Positions 62,931-64,000 of a stretch of DNA of 64,000 nt are shown here, in pieces (position 1 is the stretch's first letter; every line of letters starts with the position of its first letter). The position numbers were made by a program, and so were the translations under genes. The stretch is from Octopus vulgaris (Eukaryota): assembly GCA_951406725.2 (NCBI GenBank), contig OX597814.1, positions 93,868,001 to 93,932,000 of the forward strand, in the 5' to 3' direction. The notes under the pieces were generated by a model. It saw nothing but the letters and a program-made list of their open reading frames with translations, did no database searches and was not told where the DNA came from.

Positions 62931-63419
62931 ATATATATATATATATATAATACAAGGAAACAAGCTCTTATAGGAATGGAAACATCCAGCTGGTTAACTT
63001 GTTTAATGCCCAGTGTAGTTTCTAAAATACAAATGGGTATATATACAATATACAATAATAAAAGTAAATTCGAGAGTTAAATTGATGAATTAAATCCATT
63101 CATTGAAGCCAGTACCGTATTCTAATTCAATATCGGTGGAATGAACCAAGTAATAGAATTAAGGAAAAATAATAAATAAATAAACTATTTATTGCGCTGA
63201 CTCTTTTGTTTTTGTGGAGGTTTCCTACGCACTTACTCAATAATTGCATTTTTTGTATATTATCTTTTTGTGGTACTTGGCTTGTTTATTATTATATTAA
63301 CTTTCGCTTACATTTCTATTGACAAAAACATTTTAACAACACAATAAATTTCACATGATGAAATCGAAACAAAGCCCATTGATATTAGAAACTGCTTATA
63401 ATAATAATTATAATAATAA

Positions 63420-63605
63420 TCCTTTCTGCTATAGGTACAAGGCCTGAAATTTTGGGGAGGGGACTAGCAGGTTACATCGACCCAAGTTCTCATCTCGAAA
63501 GGATAAAAAGTAAAGTCGACCTCGGCGGAATTTGAACTCACAACGTAGCGACGGGCAAAAAACCGCTACGCATTTCGTCCAGCGTGCTCACAATTCTGAC
63601 ATCTC
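63420..63605 (-). mobile_element. SINE with a family B head and a different tail ending in (TAA)n
   Basis: gtcgacctcggcggaatttgaactcacaacgta is the reverse complement of the 27955-27988 body. Confidence 0.7.
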
Positions 63606-63619
63606 TTAAATATAATATA

Positions 63620-63958
63620 AAGACCCCCTTTGATCATGAATGTCCATGGGATTACACATAGAAATTTCCCCTCCGAGGCACAAGTCCGAGCAAGACTGTT
63701 TGTTTGTGGAAGATCAGCAGTCACACATGCATATCAGTCTCCCCACTCCATGCTACCGATGTTGTCCAAAGGAAAAGCAAAAGCCGATATAGCTTGTCGC
63801 CAGTGACGTCACAACTGATTTCTACAGCTGAGTGAACTTAGGCAACGTGAAATAAAGTGTTTTGCTCCAGAAACCAACACGGAGCCCGGTCCAGGAATCG
63901 AGCTAACTACTTCGTCATTGTGAGCCCGACGCTCAAACCACTGAACCATATACATTCA
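63620..63958 (-). mobile_element. SINE family C, full length
   Basis: Reverse complement similar to 28183-28507. Confidence 0.7.
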
Positions 63959-63965
63959 CAATAAT

Positions 63966-63998
<33 letters not shown>

Positions 63999-64000
63999 AA

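Overview
AT-rich, microsatellite-laden eukaryotic DNA. It is most likely from an octopod cephalopod, inferred from the SINE/LINE repertoire and not proven. The window is almost entirely nested transposable elements: CR1-like, Tx1/L1-like, R4/Dong-like and RTE-like LINEs; several Penelope-like elements (PLEs, both Neptune-type and Naiad-type); mariner, Tc1, maT and hAT-like DNA transposon remnants; and several tRNA-derived SINE families. Only one intact host-type CDS is visible (38852-39829, minus strand, a type II membrane GT-A-like protein). A heavily decayed Toll-like-receptor-like pseudogene (about 19865-22386) is not shown in the ORF track. The strongest signal outside the ORF track is a set of about 11 minimal type I hammerhead ribozyme (HHR) motifs with palindromic helix III. 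They sit in PLE 3' ends and in ORF-less inverted-repeat elements, and three families carry a covarying U3-A8 core. One HHR lies downstream of a tRNA-like Pol III promoter fused directly to a PLE GIY-YIG 3' end. A candidate HIV-type -1 slippery site also links ORF1 and ORF2 of the CR1-like LINE. All coordinates and structures were read by eye, so boundaries are approximate.
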